Source of the DNA: Betaproteobacteria bacterium
GTDB taxonomy: Bacteria > Pseudomonadota > Gammaproteobacteria > Burkholderiales > SG8-39
NCBI GenBank assembly: GCA_022340285.1
Contig: JAJDOG010000034.1
Span: forward strand, 16,552 to 80,551
DNA: 64,000 bases
Direction: 5' to 3'
Positions within the stretch are counted from its first letter, which is position 1. Each line of letters starts with the position of its first letter. The position numbers and the translations under genes are program-made. Shown here piece by piece: positions 27,822-37,794 of this stretch. Under the pieces are notes generated by a model. It had not been told where the DNA came from. It worked only from the letters and a program-made list of their open reading frames with translations, and searched no databases.

Positions 27822-27948
27822 GTTGGTTGTTGTCTCGTGGGCCGCCAGCGCGCGAGTTTAGCCAAACCGCGTGGCGGAGGCATGACGCACTGCACGCAGG
27901 GCCACCGCTGGCGGCTTGGCGCTCGGATTCGCGCGCGCTTGCCCCAGT

Positions 27949-28158
27949 TCAGGTGCGCCGGGGCGAAAAATCCTCTTCGATCTTGTCTTCGAAGAAGCTG
28001 GTGGGAGACGGGGCGGCCATGAATTGACGATGTATTTCCGGCGACACGCCGGTATAGGCGAGGATCCGCCCGTCGCTGAACTCCACCTCGAGCATCCGTT
28101 CCTTCAGGTCGTAGCCCACCGCGCGGATCCTGCTCGAATTGACGCGCTTGCGCTCCAT
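27949..28158 (-). CDS. KTSC domain-containing small protein
   Basis: 69 aa. SSRIRAVGYDLKERMLEVEFSDGRILAYTGVSPEIHRQFMAAPS is the typical KTSC domain pattern. Confidence 0.75.
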   Translation of the reverse strand: MERKRVNSSRIRAVGYDLKERMLEVEFSDGRILAYTGVSPEIHRQFMAAPSPTSFFEDKIEEDFSPRRT

Positions 28159-28246
28159 TTTCGATCCTCCTTCGCGTCCCGAGGGTGACGCAACACGAAG
28201 AATACCCGAGCGGTGTGTCGATGCGGAAGTATGGAGTCTTTCGCGC

Positions 28247-29938
28247 TCAGACGCCTTCCCAATGCTCCAATGTGAGCGTCACCGACTGGACCCCGTTGAA
28301 TTCGTCGACAGCCAGCCGATAAGCCCCCCGAATGCGGCCGGGAACCGGGGTGTCGTGGCGGAAGAGCATGGCATTGAACCGCTGCCCGGCGCGGACGAGG
28401 CGCAGCTTGAGGTGCTTTTCCCCCACCAGGCGCTGGTTCTCGACAATGAATTCGTCCAGGAAGAGCGGGGGTGGAAAGCCCTGGCCCCAGACTTCCCCAC
28501 CAAGCAGGCGCGCCGTGTCGAGGCTTGCATACGCCACCTCGAGCGAGCCGTCCGTCTCGACCGTCCGGGCAAGCATGGCCGGATCCACCATCTCGCGGAC
28601 CGACGCTTCGAGCAACGCGCGAAACTCGTCCAATCCGTCGGCGCGCAGGGTGAGCCCGGCCGCCGCCGCGTGCCCCCCGAACCGCAGGAGCAAGCCGGGC
28701 GAGCGTTTCGATACCAGGTCGAGCGCGTCGCGCAGATGTAGACCGGGAACCGACCTGCCCGATCCGCGCAGCTCGCCGGTGCCGGACGGGGCAAACGCGA
28801 ACACCGGGCGATGCACGCGGTCCTTCACGCGCGATGCGAGCAACCCGACCACGCCCTGATGCCACGATGCGTCGTAAAGGCATACGGTTGCCGCCTGTCC
28901 GGGATCGATGTGCGCAAGCAGTGCTTCCGCATCGCGCTGCATGGTGGCTTCGAGCTCGCGGCGCTCGCGATTCAGCGCGTCGAGGTCCTGGGCGATGTTC
29001 AGCGCGCGCCCGGTGTCGTCGGTAATGAGGCACTCGATCCCGAGACTCATGTCGGCGAGACGGCCGGCCGCATTCAAGCGAGGGCCGATCGCAAAGCCGA
29101 GATCGAACGTTCCGGCGCGGCGCGGATCGCGTCCGGCGACAGCGAACAGCGCCTGAATACCTGATTGCATGCGACCCGAGCGGATGCGGGCCAGTCCCTG
29201 GCTGACCAGGATACGGTTGTTGTGATCGAGCTTCACCACGTCTGCAACGGTGCCGAGCGCGACCAGATCAAGCAGGCCCGCGAGGTTCGGTTCTTCTCGG
29301 GATGCGAAGGCTCCGCGGCGGCGCAGGGCGGCGCGCGTCGCCAGCATCACGTAGAACATCACGCCGACGCCGGCAATCGACTTGCTGGGAAAGCGATCGC
29401 CCGGTTGACTGGGATCGACGATGCACGCGGCATCCGGAAGCGTGTCTCCCGGCAAGTGGTGATCGGTTACCAACGTGGCGATTCCCCGGCGCCGGGCCTC
29501 GGCGACGCCGTCGACGCTGGCAATTCCGTTGTCGACCGTGATGATGAGATCCGGCGCGCGCGGCGCTGCAATCTCCACCACCTGTGGCGACAAGCCGTAG
29601 CCGGTTTCGAATCGATTCGGTACGAGGTACTCGACCTGCGCGCCGAACGCGCGCAGGGCCCGCATGCCGACCGCGCACGCGGTAGCCCCATCGCAGTCGT
29701 AGTCGGCGACGATGAGCAGCCGCTTTCCCGCGTCGATGTGATCGGCGAGCAGCTCCCCGGCCTGCTCGGCGTTCTTCATTTCTCCCGGGGGAATCAGCGT
29801 GCCGAGTCCGTATTCGATCTCCGCGGCGCTGCGCACGCCACGCGCCGCGAGGATCCGGGACAGCAGCGGGTGAACGCCATGCTGAATGAGCATGTGGAAC
29901 TCGCGCTGCGGAACCGCGCGGGTGGTGATGTCGGTCAT
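28247..29938 (-). CDS. recJ: Single-stranded-DNA-specific exonuclease RecJ
   Basis: DHH family motifs (IVADYDCDGAT, VTDHHLPG) and a DHHA1 domain (GGHAAAAG). Start at the ATG at 29938, overlapping the upstream gene's stop as ATGA. Confidence 0.94.
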   Translation of the reverse strand: MTDITTRAVPQREFHMLIQHGVHPLLSRILAARGVRSAAEIEYGLGTLIPPGEMKNAEQAGELLADHIDAGKRLLIVADYDCDGATACAVGMRALRAFGAQVEYLVPNRFETGYGLSPQVVEIAAPRAPDLIITVDNGIASVDGVAEARRRGIATLVTDHHLPGDTLPDAACIVDPSQPGDRFPSKSIAGVGVMFYVMLATRAALRRRGAFASREEPNLAGLLDLVALGTVADVVKLDHNNRILVSQGLARIRSGRMQSGIQALFAVAGRDPRRAGTFDLGFAIGPRLNAAGRLADMSLGIECLITDDTGRALNIAQDLDALNRERRELEATMQRDAEALLAHIDPGQAATVCLYDASWHQGVVGLLASRVKDRVHRPVFAFAPSGTGELRGSGRSVPGLHLRDALDLVSKRSPGLLLRFGGHAAAAGLTLRADGLDEFRALLEASVREMVDPAMLARTVETDGSLEVAYASLDTARLLGGEVWGQGFPPPLFLDEFIVENQRLVGEKHLKLRLVRAGQRFNAMLFRHDTPVPGRIRGAYRLAVDEFNGVQSVTLTLEHWEGV

Positions 29939-30963
29939 GCCGCGTAGGCGGCGAGCCGCTGGCGCCGGCGCCAGAAACGGCGCAGATCCTGTCGGGTGGT
30001 TTCCGCCTCGTGGGTACGCACGGCGGCCGGTGCGTAAAGGGTGATCATTCCAATCCGTCCCGCACGGAGTGCGGCGAGCAAGGGAACGAACCAGTCCCGC
30101 TCGAGGTCCGCGAGGGTCGATCGCCACCCCGACATGTCGCCGTACGCCGCCGGCTCCCGTAGCGCCTCCAGGATGATGGCCTCGACGCCGGACCGACCGG
30201 AACTATCGAGCCACTCGCGCGCGGAAGCGGGAAGGGGGTCGTGGCGAATTCCGGCCGCAAGCGCCAATCCCTTCGCGACCGGACTGTCGGAAGTCACGCG
30301 CTGATAGGCCATGCGCGGAGTCTCCGTGACGCGACCTGCGCCCCAGAACCAGAGGCCATTGACGGTCGCTGCGCGACGTGCCTCGCGTGCCACGTTGACG
30401 GGGTGCTCGTGCAGGACCATTTGGACCTCGTTCAGGACCGACCGCCAGCGCCCGCCGTCCGGTCCCTCCGGCAGGCTTTCGAACATGTCTTGCCCGCGGA
30501 CTTCTGCGACGGGCGGCGCGGTCATGCGCGGGCTCTGTTCGACCCGTGCGTACCACCGATTCGATTGCAGGGGATGAAAGGAGATGCCGACCGTCGCGAA
30601 ATGCGCATTCAGGCTTGCAGCCAGCGAAGCCACCTCCTCCTGCGTGACATCGAAGCGCGCCGCATCCGAAAGCAGGACGGTATCCCCCTCGACGCGGAGG
30701 TTGACGGGATCAGCGCGCAGCCACCACGCACCATTGGGCAGGCCGCCGTCGGCAATCAGGGAATACGGCGCAGCGGGCCAGTCCTCTTGCTTTGCCACGG
30801 CGAATGACTCGAGCAGCCACGCCTCCAGGCCGATGCCGCGAGCGGACTTGCGCCGGCCCCGGGCAAACAAAATCTCGAGCGCGTCGGCACGCGTCTGCGA
30901 AAGCTCGGCGTCGCCCCGCTCGGGATCGGGAAAAAGCTCGGGAACGACCAGATGCACGTTCAT
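29935..30963 (-). CDS. Conserved hypothetical protein translationally coupled to recJ
   Basis: 342 aa from the ATG at 30963 (MNVHLVVPELFPD...). I could not recognise a family. The stop TGA overlaps the recJ ATG. The longer track ORF (to 31161) would run through a 24-bp palindrome. Confidence 0.6.
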   Translation of the reverse strand: MNVHLVVPELFPDPERGDAELSQTRADALEILFARGRRKSARGIGLEAWLLESFAVAKQEDWPAAPYSLIADGGLPNGAWWLRADPVNLRVEGDTVLLSDAARFDVTQEEVASLAASLNAHFATVGISFHPLQSNRWYARVEQSPRMTAPPVAEVRGQDMFESLPEGPDGGRWRSVLNEVQMVLHEHPVNVAREARRAATVNGLWFWGAGRVTETPRMAYQRVTSDSPVAKGLALAAGIRHDPLPASAREWLDSSGRSGVEAIILEALREPAAYGDMSGWRSTLADLERDWFVPLLAALRAGRIGMITLYAPAAVRTHEAETTRQDLRRFWRRRQRLAAYAA

Positions 30964-31113
30964 CGCGACGCACGAGTCTATCAGTTCGGCTGAGAACGGG
31001 AATCTGCGCGCGGCCTCACTTACGCTGGCGAGTCGGCGCGGCGTCGCGGAAAGCAACTGTAAACTCGGCAAGCGGCCGATTCGTCGGGCGCTTGCTCTGA
31101 CATAGGGGATTCG

Positions 31114-31137
31114 CAAAAGGGGAAGTTTCCCCTTTTG
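31114..31137. promoter_or_regulatory. Perfect 24-bp palindrome CAAAAGGGGAA-GT-TTCCCCTTTTG in the divergent intergenic region
   Basis: 11-bp arms with no mismatch. It lies about 150 nt from the hypothetical gene's start and about 143 nt from the lolC/E start. It also reads as a hairpin flanked by T4 on both strands. Confidence 0.45.
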
Positions 31138-31279
31138 GCGCGTGTGCAGTGTGTATGGCACACTTGAACGGCATGCGCTTCGACTGCCTCATCGGCTATG
31201 ACCTCGCGCCGGGCACGACCGCGGTAGCGGCCACGTCGCCCCCCCGCGCGCCGGCCCAAGGGCGCCGCGAGCGCTGCTG

Positions 31280-32527
31280 ATGCGCGTGCCCTACGAGCTC
31301 TTCGTCGGCCTGCGCTATACGCGAGCCAAGCGGCGCAACCACTTCATCTCCTTCATTTCGCTCGTCTCGATGCTCGGGATCGCGCTCGGCGTTGCCGCAC
31401 TGATCGTCGTGCTGTCGGTGATGAACGGCTTCCAGAGGGAAGTGCGCTCCCGCATCCTCAGCGTGGCGTCGCACGTGCAGATCACGGGTCCGAACAACGA
31501 GCTGCGCGACTGGCGCAGCGTGGCGGACCGCGCCGCGCGGCTACCGCACGTCGTCGCCGCGGCGCCTTTTGTGAACGGGCAGGGCCTGCTCGCCAACGGC
31601 GACGCGGTGCGCGGTGCGCTGGTGCGCGGGATAGTCCCCGATCTCGAAAGCCGGGTTGCCCAACTCGCCGCGAAGACGTTCTCCGGCGCGCTCTCGGCGC
31701 TCGCGCCGGGCGAGTTCGGCATCGTGCTCGGCGCCGATCTTGCGCGCGCGCTGCGTGTGTTTCCAGGCGATCAGGTCACGCTCATCGTGCCGCAGGGCCT
31801 GGTCACGCCGGCCGGCGTGATCCCCCGGCTGAAGCAGTTCAGGGTGGTGGGGATATTCGAGGTCGGCTTCTTCGAGTACGACAACGGCCTCGCGCTCATT
31901 CACTTGCAGGACGCACAGCGCCTGTACCGGCTGGGAGAGGCGGTGTCTGGCGTGCGGCTGAAGCTGGACGATTTGTTCCAGGCACGGGCGGTGGGGCGCG
32001 AGATCGTGCAGGCCCTCGGTCCGAATCTCTACGTGAGCGATTGGACGCGCAGCCATGCCAATTTCTTCCGCGCCGTGCAGATCGAGAAGACGATGATGTT
32101 CATCATTCTGACGCTGATCGTCGCGGTGGCGGCCTTCAACATGGTCTCGACGCTCGTGATGGCGGTGACGGACAAGCAGGCGGATATCGCAATCCTGCGT
32201 ACGCTGGGGGCGACGCCCTCGAGCATCATGCAGATCTTCGTGGTGCAGGGCGCCATCATCGGCGTCATCGGGACCGCGCTCGGCGTAGCGGGCGGGATCG
32301 CACTCGCGCTCAACATCGACATCGTGGTGCCCGCGCTGGAGCGTCTGCTCCACATCCAGTTTCTGTCGAAGGACGTGTATCTGATCAACGAGCTGCCCTC
32401 CGAGCTGCAGCGCAGCGACGTGATCGCGATATCCACCGTATCGCTTGCGCTTGGCTTCCTCGCCACGCTCTATCCGAGCTGGCGTGCCGCGCGCGTGAGG
32501 CCCGCCGAGGCGCTGCGGTATGAGTGA
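31280..32527 (+). CDS. Lipoprotein-releasing ABC transporter permease (LolC/LolE family; only copy present here)
   Basis: N-terminus [47 protein letters not shown], a MacB-like periplasmic domain, and a C-terminal FtsX domain. Confidence 0.92.
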   Translation: MRVPYELFVGLRYTRAKRRNHFISFISLVSMLGIALGVAALIVVLSVMNGFQREVRSRILSVASHVQITGPNNELRDWRSVADRAARLPHVVAAAPFVNGQGLLANGDAVRGALVRGIVPDLESRVAQLAAKTFSGALSALAPGEFGIVLGADLARALRVFPGDQVTLIVPQGLVTPAGVIPRLKQFRVVGIFEVGFFEYDNGLALIHLQDAQRLYRLGEAVSGVRLKLDDLFQARAVGREIVQALGPNLYVSDWTRSHANFFRAVQIEKTMMFIILTLIVAVAAFNMVSTLVMAVTDKQADIAILRTLGATPSSIMQIFVVQGAIIGVIGTALGVAGGIALALNIDIVVPALERLLHIQFLSKDVYLINELPSELQRSDVIAISTVSLALGFLATLYPSWRAARVRPAEALRYE

Positions 32528-33224
32528 CGCGGTGCGCCCCGAGGCGCCGGTTCTCGCGTGCCGCGGGCTGAAGAAGTCCTACACCGAAGGCCGGATGCCG
32601 CTGCCGGTTCTGCTCGGAGTCGACATGCAGGTGGCCGCCAGCGAGGTGGTCGCCATCGTCGGTGCCTCGGGGTCGGGCAAGAGCACGTTGCTTCATCTGC
32701 TCGGAGGACTCGACACCGCGACCGGGGGCGAAGTGGAAATACTCGGCAGGTCGATGACGTCGCTGACCGATGGCGAGCGTGGTCGACTGCGCAACGAGGC
32801 GTTGGGCTTCGTTTACCAGTTCCATCACTTGCTGATGGAGTTCAGCGCGCTGGAGAACGTCGCCATGCCGCTGCGCATCCGCCGTATGCCGCGCGAGGAG
32901 GCGCGGGAGCGCGCCGCCGCGGTATTGCGCGAGGTGGGGCTCGGCGAGCGCCTTCACCACCGGCCCGGCCAGCTTTCCGGCGGCGAGCGTCAGCGCGCGG
33001 CCGTCGCGCGCGCGCTCGTCACCCGTCCGGCCTGCGTGCTGGCCGACGAGCCGACCGGTAATCTCGACCGCCGCACGGCCGAAACAGTTTTCGAGCTCAT
33101 GCTGGCGCTGAACCGCAACTATCGAACGAGCTACGTCATCGTCACCCATGAGCCGGGGCTTGCAGCGCGTGCCGACCGCATTCTGCGGTTGCAGGACGGG
33201 GTTCTGGTTCCGGATCAAGCCTGA
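32520..33224 (+). CDS. lolD: Lipoprotein-releasing system ATP-binding protein LolD
   Basis: Walker [10 protein letters not shown], signature LSGGERQR, Walker [11 protein letters not shown]. Overlaps the permease gene by 8 nt. Confidence 0.93.
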   Translation: MSDAVRPEAPVLACRGLKKSYTEGRMPLPVLLGVDMQVAASEVVAIVGASGSGKSTLLHLLGGLDTATGGEVEILGRSMTSLTDGERGRLRNEALGFVYQFHHLLMEFSALENVAMPLRIRRMPREEARERAAAVLREVGLGERLHHRPGQLSGGERQRAAVARALVTRPACVLADEPTGNLDRRTAETVFELMLALNRNYRTSYVIVTHEPGLAARADRILRLQDGVLVPDQA

Positions 33225-33230
33225 CCGGAG

Positions 33231-33779
33231 TCAGGCAACCGAGCGCCGTAGTTTCCGCTTGCGCCATTGATGAATGACCCATGCGCGCCAGGCGACCTGG
33301 ACGAGAAACCAGCCGATCACGGCGAGCGAAACAGCCAGTGTCACCAGTCCGATCGCCAGGGGGGGGCCGAGCGAGAGCGACCATCCGGCAAGCGCCTTGA
33401 TCGAGGCGCCGATCGCCGACCAGTCGAATTCCGGTGGGCGAGCCACCGCGCGGTGTGAGGCGCCAGTCAGCAGGCTGCCCAGGTAATACGCAACGATGTA
33501 CAAGGGAACGATCGTGAACGGATTGGTGTAGAAGGTCGTGATCAGCGCCACGGGCAGATTCCGTCGCAGCAGCACGGAGAGCAGCGCAGCCGTCAGCATT
33601 TGCAGCGGACCCGGAATCAGGCCGGAGAACAGGCCTATCGCAACCCCTCCAGAGACCGACTTGCGATTCAGGTGCCAGAGGTTGGGGTGATGAAGGTGCC
33701 GCCCGAACCAGGCGAGGTACCGGTTCTGCCTGACTTGTTCGTGGCTGGGGAGGTACTTGCGGAAATACTTGCGTGGCAT
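33231..33779 (-). CDS. DUF2062 domain-containing membrane protein
   Basis: MPRKYFRKYLP..., HHPNLWHLNRKSVSGGVAIGLFSGLIPGPLQML is typical of DUF2062. An alternative upstream start exists at 33875. Confidence 0.75.
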   Translation of the reverse strand: MPRKYFRKYLPSHEQVRQNRYLAWFGRHLHHPNLWHLNRKSVSGGVAIGLFSGLIPGPLQMLTAALLSVLLRRNLPVALITTFYTNPFTIVPLYIVAYYLGSLLTGASHRAVARPPEFDWSAIGASIKALAGWSLSLGPPLAIGLVTLAVSLAVIGWFLVQVAWRAWVIHQWRKRKLRRSVA

Positions 33780-33940
33780 AGGGTTGGCATGCGAGGCGAG
33801 CGATTCTACCGCCTCGGGCTGATCGTCAAGAAGCGCGGTTGCGGAATTGCCGTCCTGCACCACCGCGTTTCCCAATCGGGAAGATTCAACCGGACGCAGG
33901 GGCCGCGCGTTGCTGGATCGTCCATGTGGCGAGTCCTTCG

Positions 33941-36295
33941 ATGCGCGTCGGAATTCTGGCGTTTGCGGGCGGCGTCTGGCTGCTTCAAACCATGCCGGCG
34001 TTACCTCCCGTTGGTTGGGTGGGGGTCGCTGCAGTCGCTGCAGCGGGGGGGTGGTTTGCCGTCCGCCGACGGGACCCTGGCGGCTTGCCAGCGCGTGCGC
34101 TTGGCGTCATGGCGGCTTTTGCGGTCGGCATCGCATGGGCCACGATCAGTGCGCAATGGCGGCTGTCGGACCGGCTGGACCGCCAGTGGGAAGGACAGGA
34201 CATCCTGCTCACCGGCGTCGTCGCGAGCCTCCCGCAGTCCTTCGAACGTGGCGTGCGGTTCGAGTTCGACGTCGAAGCGGGGGAGCCGGCCGGCGCAAAG
34301 CTGCCCAGGCGAGTGTTGCTTACGTGGTATCACGGGCTGACAGCTGACGAGTTCGAGGCCCTTGCCTCGGTCCGGGCCGGCGAGCGCTGGCAGTTCACGA
34401 CACGGCTTCGTCGGCCGCATGGACTGGTCAATCCGCATGGCTTCGACTACGAGGCATGGTTGCTCGAGCGAGGCATAGGCGCCACGGGCTACGTCTCGGC
34501 GCACGGAGTGCCGACGCGGCTGGCGGAGTTCGTCGCGCGGCCGGCGTACGCAATCGAGCGCCTGCGGGAGCACGTGCGCGACAAGTTCCGGAACGACCTT
34601 CCCGAACACCGCTACGCAGGGGTTCTCATCGCTCTCGCGATCGGTGACCAGCGCGCCATCGGGCCGGATGACTGGCGGATCTTTACCCGCACCGGGGTAA
34701 ACCATCTGATGAGCATTTCCGGTCTGCACGTGACGATGGTGTCCGGGCTGGTGGCGCTCGCCGTCTTCTGGGCGTGGCGTCGTTCGGCGGCGCTTGCCGT
34801 GCGCCTCCCGGCCCGCAAAGCCGCCGCCGTTGCCGGGTTTCTCGGCGCACTGCTCTACTGCCTGCTTGCGGGCTTCGCAATCCCGGCCCAGCGGACGCTC
34901 TACATGGTCGGCGTAGCCGCCGCCGCCCTTTGGCTGGACCGGCTGCAGTCCGCGTCGAAGGTGCTCAGCATCGCGTTGCTCGCCGTGCTGGTGGTCGACC
35001 CGTGGGCGGTCATCTCGCCAGGGTTCTGGCTTTCGTTCGGCGCGGTTGCGGCGATCTTTTACGCAGGCGCCGGCGCCAATCGCCGACCGGACTGGCTGCG
35101 CGCCTGGGCGCGCATGCAATGGGCAGTGACGATCGGCCTCGCGCCGCTCCTGCTGGTGCTCTTCAAGCAGGTCTCGCTGGTCTCGCCCATCGCGAATGCC
35201 GTCGCGATTCCCGTGGTGAGCTTCGTCGTTACGCCACTTGCGCTGGCGAGCACGCTCTGGCCGGGCGATGCGCTTGCAAAGCTTGCACATTGGATCTTCG
35301 AGCTGCTCATGTTGTTGATCGGCTGGCTCGCCGGACTGCCCGGGGCAGTATGGCAGCAGCACGCGCCCGCCTGGTGGACGCTACCCCTGGCGCTCGTCGG
35401 GATTGGGTGGATCCTCCTGCCGCGCGGTGCCCCCGCCCGCTTCGCCGGGGTGCTCCTGCTTCTGCCGCTCTTTGTCGTCGCGCCTGCGCTGCCCGCGCCG
35501 GGGTCAGCGCAAGTCACGTTCCTGGACGTCGGGCAGGGCCTCGCCACCGTGGTGCGCACGGCGCGCCACGTGCTTCTCTACGATTCCGGTCCATCTTACG
35601 GCGTCCAGGCGGACGCCGGCGAGCGTGTCGTGGTGCCATTCCTGCGCGGCGAAGGGGTCGCTGCGCTGGATATGATCGTCATCACCCACGATGACACGGA
35701 CCACTCTGGAGGTGCTGCAAGCGTCGCGCGCGCAATTCCGGCCCGCCTCCTCTTCTCGTCGGTCAGCGACGCGCATCCCGTTCGCGATCTGATTGCGTAT
35801 CGATTGCCGTGCTATGCGGGCCAGCATTGGACATGGGACGGTGTGGCGTTCGCGGTGCTGTATCCGCCCGCAGACCGGCACGGGGATCCGCGGGCCAAGT
35901 CCAATGCGCGAAGTTGCGTGCTGCGTGTGCAGACTCCGTACGGCACCGTCCTGTTGACGGGTGATATCGAGGCCCGCGATGAAGCGGCGCTGCTCAGGAG
36001 CGGCCAGCCTCTCGGGGCAAGCGTCACCCTGGTGCCGCATCACGGCAGCCGAACCTCCTCGACGTCGCGCTTCGTCGCCGCGATCGGCGCCGAGCATGCG
36101 GTGTTCACGGTCGGTTATGGCAATCGCTTCGGCCATCCCAAAGCGGACATCGTTGCGCGCTACGCCGGGGCCCGTCGCTGGCGCACCGACCTTGACGGCG
36201 CGGTCTCGCTGCAGTTCGGTCCGCAAGGTCTGACGGTCACGGCTCAGCGCGAGCGCGAGCGTCGGTACTGGCGTGACGTCCAGCCGGCGCGGTGA
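33941..36295 (+). CDS. comEC: DNA internalization-related competence protein ComEC/Rec2
   Basis: Multi-TM competence domain (TGVNHLMSISGLHV) plus a C-terminal metallo-beta-lactamase domain (ITHDDTDHSGG, VPHHGS). Start at the ATG at 33941. Confidence 0.9.
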   Translation: MRVGILAFAGGVWLLQTMPALPPVGWVGVAAVAAAGGWFAVRRRDPGGLPARALGVMAAFAVGIAWATISAQWRLSDRLDRQWEGQDILLTGVVASLPQSFERGVRFEFDVEAGEPAGAKLPRRVLLTWYHGLTADEFEALASVRAGERWQFTTRLRRPHGLVNPHGFDYEAWLLERGIGATGYVSAHGVPTRLAEFVARPAYAIERLREHVRDKFRNDLPEHRYAGVLIALAIGDQRAIGPDDWRIFTRTGVNHLMSISGLHVTMVSGLVALAVFWAWRRSAALAVRLPARKAAAVAGFLGALLYCLLAGFAIPAQRTLYMVGVAAAALWLDRLQSASKVLSIALLAVLVVDPWAVISPGFWLSFGAVAAIFYAGAGANRRPDWLRAWARMQWAVTIGLAPLLLVLFKQVSLVSPIANAVAIPVVSFVVTPLALASTLWPGDALAKLAHWIFELLMLLIGWLAGLPGAVWQQHAPAWWTLPLALVGIGWILLPRGAPARFAGVLLLLPLFVVAPALPAPGSAQVTFLDVGQGLATVVRTARHVLLYDSGPSYGVQADAGERVVVPFLRGEGVAALDMIVITHDDTDHSGGAASVARAIPARLLFSSVSDAHPVRDLIAYRLPCYAGQHWTWDGVAFAVLYPPADRHGDPRAKSNARSCVLRVQTPYGTVLLTGDIEARDEAALLRSGQPLGASVTLVPHHGSRTSSTSRFVAAIGAEHAVFTVGYGNRFGHPKADIVARYAGARRWRTDLDGAVSLQFGPQGLTVTAQRERERRYWRDVQPAR

Positions 36296-36373
36296 CGCGA
36301 GGAGAATTCGAGACGAGAGCGCGGCGCCGCAGCGCGCAGGCCCCGTATAATCCATCGTCGGTCACGTCTTGAC

Positions 36374-37696
36374 ATGATGAAACGAATCCGCGACTACACC
36401 GTCAAGGAGTTGGCGGCGGTGGTGCTGCCCGTGACGCTCGCGGTTGCGGTGGCGTTCTGGATCACCTTCAAGTTCGTCGAGCCCGCGCCGCCGCGCGTCG
36501 TCGTGATGTCCACCGGCGGGGAGGGGGGTGCCTATCAGGCCTACGGATTGCGCTACCAGGCGATACTGGCGAAGGACGGCGTGACGCTCGAGCTGCGCCC
36601 CTCGTCGGGCGCGGTGGAGAACGTGGCGCGGCTACGCGACCCGGAGTCCGATGTCTCGGTCGCGTTCGTGCAAGGGGGAGTCGCGAAGGCCGCCGACCCG
36701 CCGGTGCTGGAGACGCTCGGGAGCGTGTATTACGAGCCGCTCTGGGTCTTCTATCGCGGTCGCGCAGAGATCGACAAGGTCAACGAGCTCGAGGGCAAGC
36801 GGATTGCCGTCGGACCGGAAGGAAGCGGCACGCGGAAGCTGGCGCTTGCCATTCTCGATGCGAGCGGCCTGGGCGGGGCGAAAGTGGGCTTGGTGGATCT
36901 GGGCGGGTCCGGCGCCGCGGATGCCTTGATCGGAGGCGCTGTGGATGCAGCGTTCATCGTCGCCGGACCGGAGGCGGAGATTGTGCGCCGGCTCATCCAG
37001 GAAGAGGGCATCCAGCTGATGAGCTTTTCCCGCGCGAGTGCCTACGTGGCGCGTCTGCCCTATCTCCACAAGCTCGTGCTGCCGCGCGGATCGCTGGACC
37101 TCGTGCGCGATCTGCCGCGCGAGGATGTCGCGCTCGTCGCGCCCACTGCCGATCTCGTCACGAAGGAAAGTCTGCATCCGGCGATCGCCTACCTGTTGCT
37201 CGCCGCTGCACGCGAGGTGCATGGCGGACCGGGCCCCTTTCATCGGGCGGGCGAGTTTCCGTCGCCGGAAAGCGTCGACTTCCCGCTCTCGAGCCAGGCG
37301 GAGCGGTTCTATCGGTCCGGGCCGCCGTTTCTCCAGCGCTACCTCCCGTTCTGGGCGGCGACCCTTGTCGATCGCATGATCGTGTTGCTCGTACCCCTCT
37401 TCGCGGTGGCGGTGCCGCTGTTTCGGATCGTTCCGGGACTGTATGCGTGGCGCGTGCGGCGCAAGGTTTACCGATGGTATGGCGAGCTCAAGTTTCTCGA
37501 AGAGGAGGTGCGCAACCGGCAGCATGGGGACGACCCCTCCGACGAACTCGCGCGGCTCGCGGAGATAGAAGCCGAGGTGAGCGACATCCGCGTGCCGCTC
37601 GGTTTTGCCCACGAAGTCTACACGCTGCGCATGCACGTCAAGCTCGTGCGGGAGATGCTGGAGCAGGGTTCGGCGTCCGGTTCCACCGGCGGCTAG
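36374..37696 (+). CDS. TAXI-family TRAP-type solute-binding protein homologue with N- and C-terminal TM segments (orphan)
   Basis: TAXI core (VVMSTGGEGGAYQAYGLRYQAIL..., VSVAFVQGG), an N-terminal TM, and a C-terminal TM followed by a helical tail. No DctQM-type permease gene is adjacent. Confidence 0.75.
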   Translation: MMKRIRDYTVKELAAVVLPVTLAVAVAFWITFKFVEPAPPRVVVMSTGGEGGAYQAYGLRYQAILAKDGVTLELRPSSGAVENVARLRDPESDVSVAFVQGGVAKAADPPVLETLGSVYYEPLWVFYRGRAEIDKVNELEGKRIAVGPEGSGTRKLALAILDASGLGGAKVGLVDLGGSGAADALIGGAVDAAFIVAGPEAEIVRRLIQEEGIQLMSFSRASAYVARLPYLHKLVLPRGSLDLVRDLPREDVALVAPTADLVTKESLHPAIAYLLLAAAREVHGGPGPFHRAGEFPSPESVDFPLSSQAERFYRSGPPFLQRYLPFWAATLVDRMIVLLVPLFAVAVPLFRIVPGLYAWRVRRKVYRWYGELKFLEEEVRNRQHGDDPSDELARLAEIEAEVSDIRVPLGFAHEVYTLRMHVKLVREMLEQGSASGSTGG

Positions 37697-37721
37697 CCCG
37701 CGGGCGCTGCACCATTCAGCT

Positions 37722-37730
37722 TGCTATACT
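37722..37730 (+). promoter_or_regulatory. Candidate extended -10 promoter element TGcTATACT upstream of the 37795 hypothetical gene
   Basis: TG at 37722-37723 and TATACT at 37725-37730, about 65 nt upstream of the ATG. No good -35 was found. Confidence 0.3.
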
Positions 37731-37794
37731 GCCGCGCGGTTTCCTGCCGCTGAACGTCGCATCACCACGCATCAAAGACTCGTACAAGACTCCA

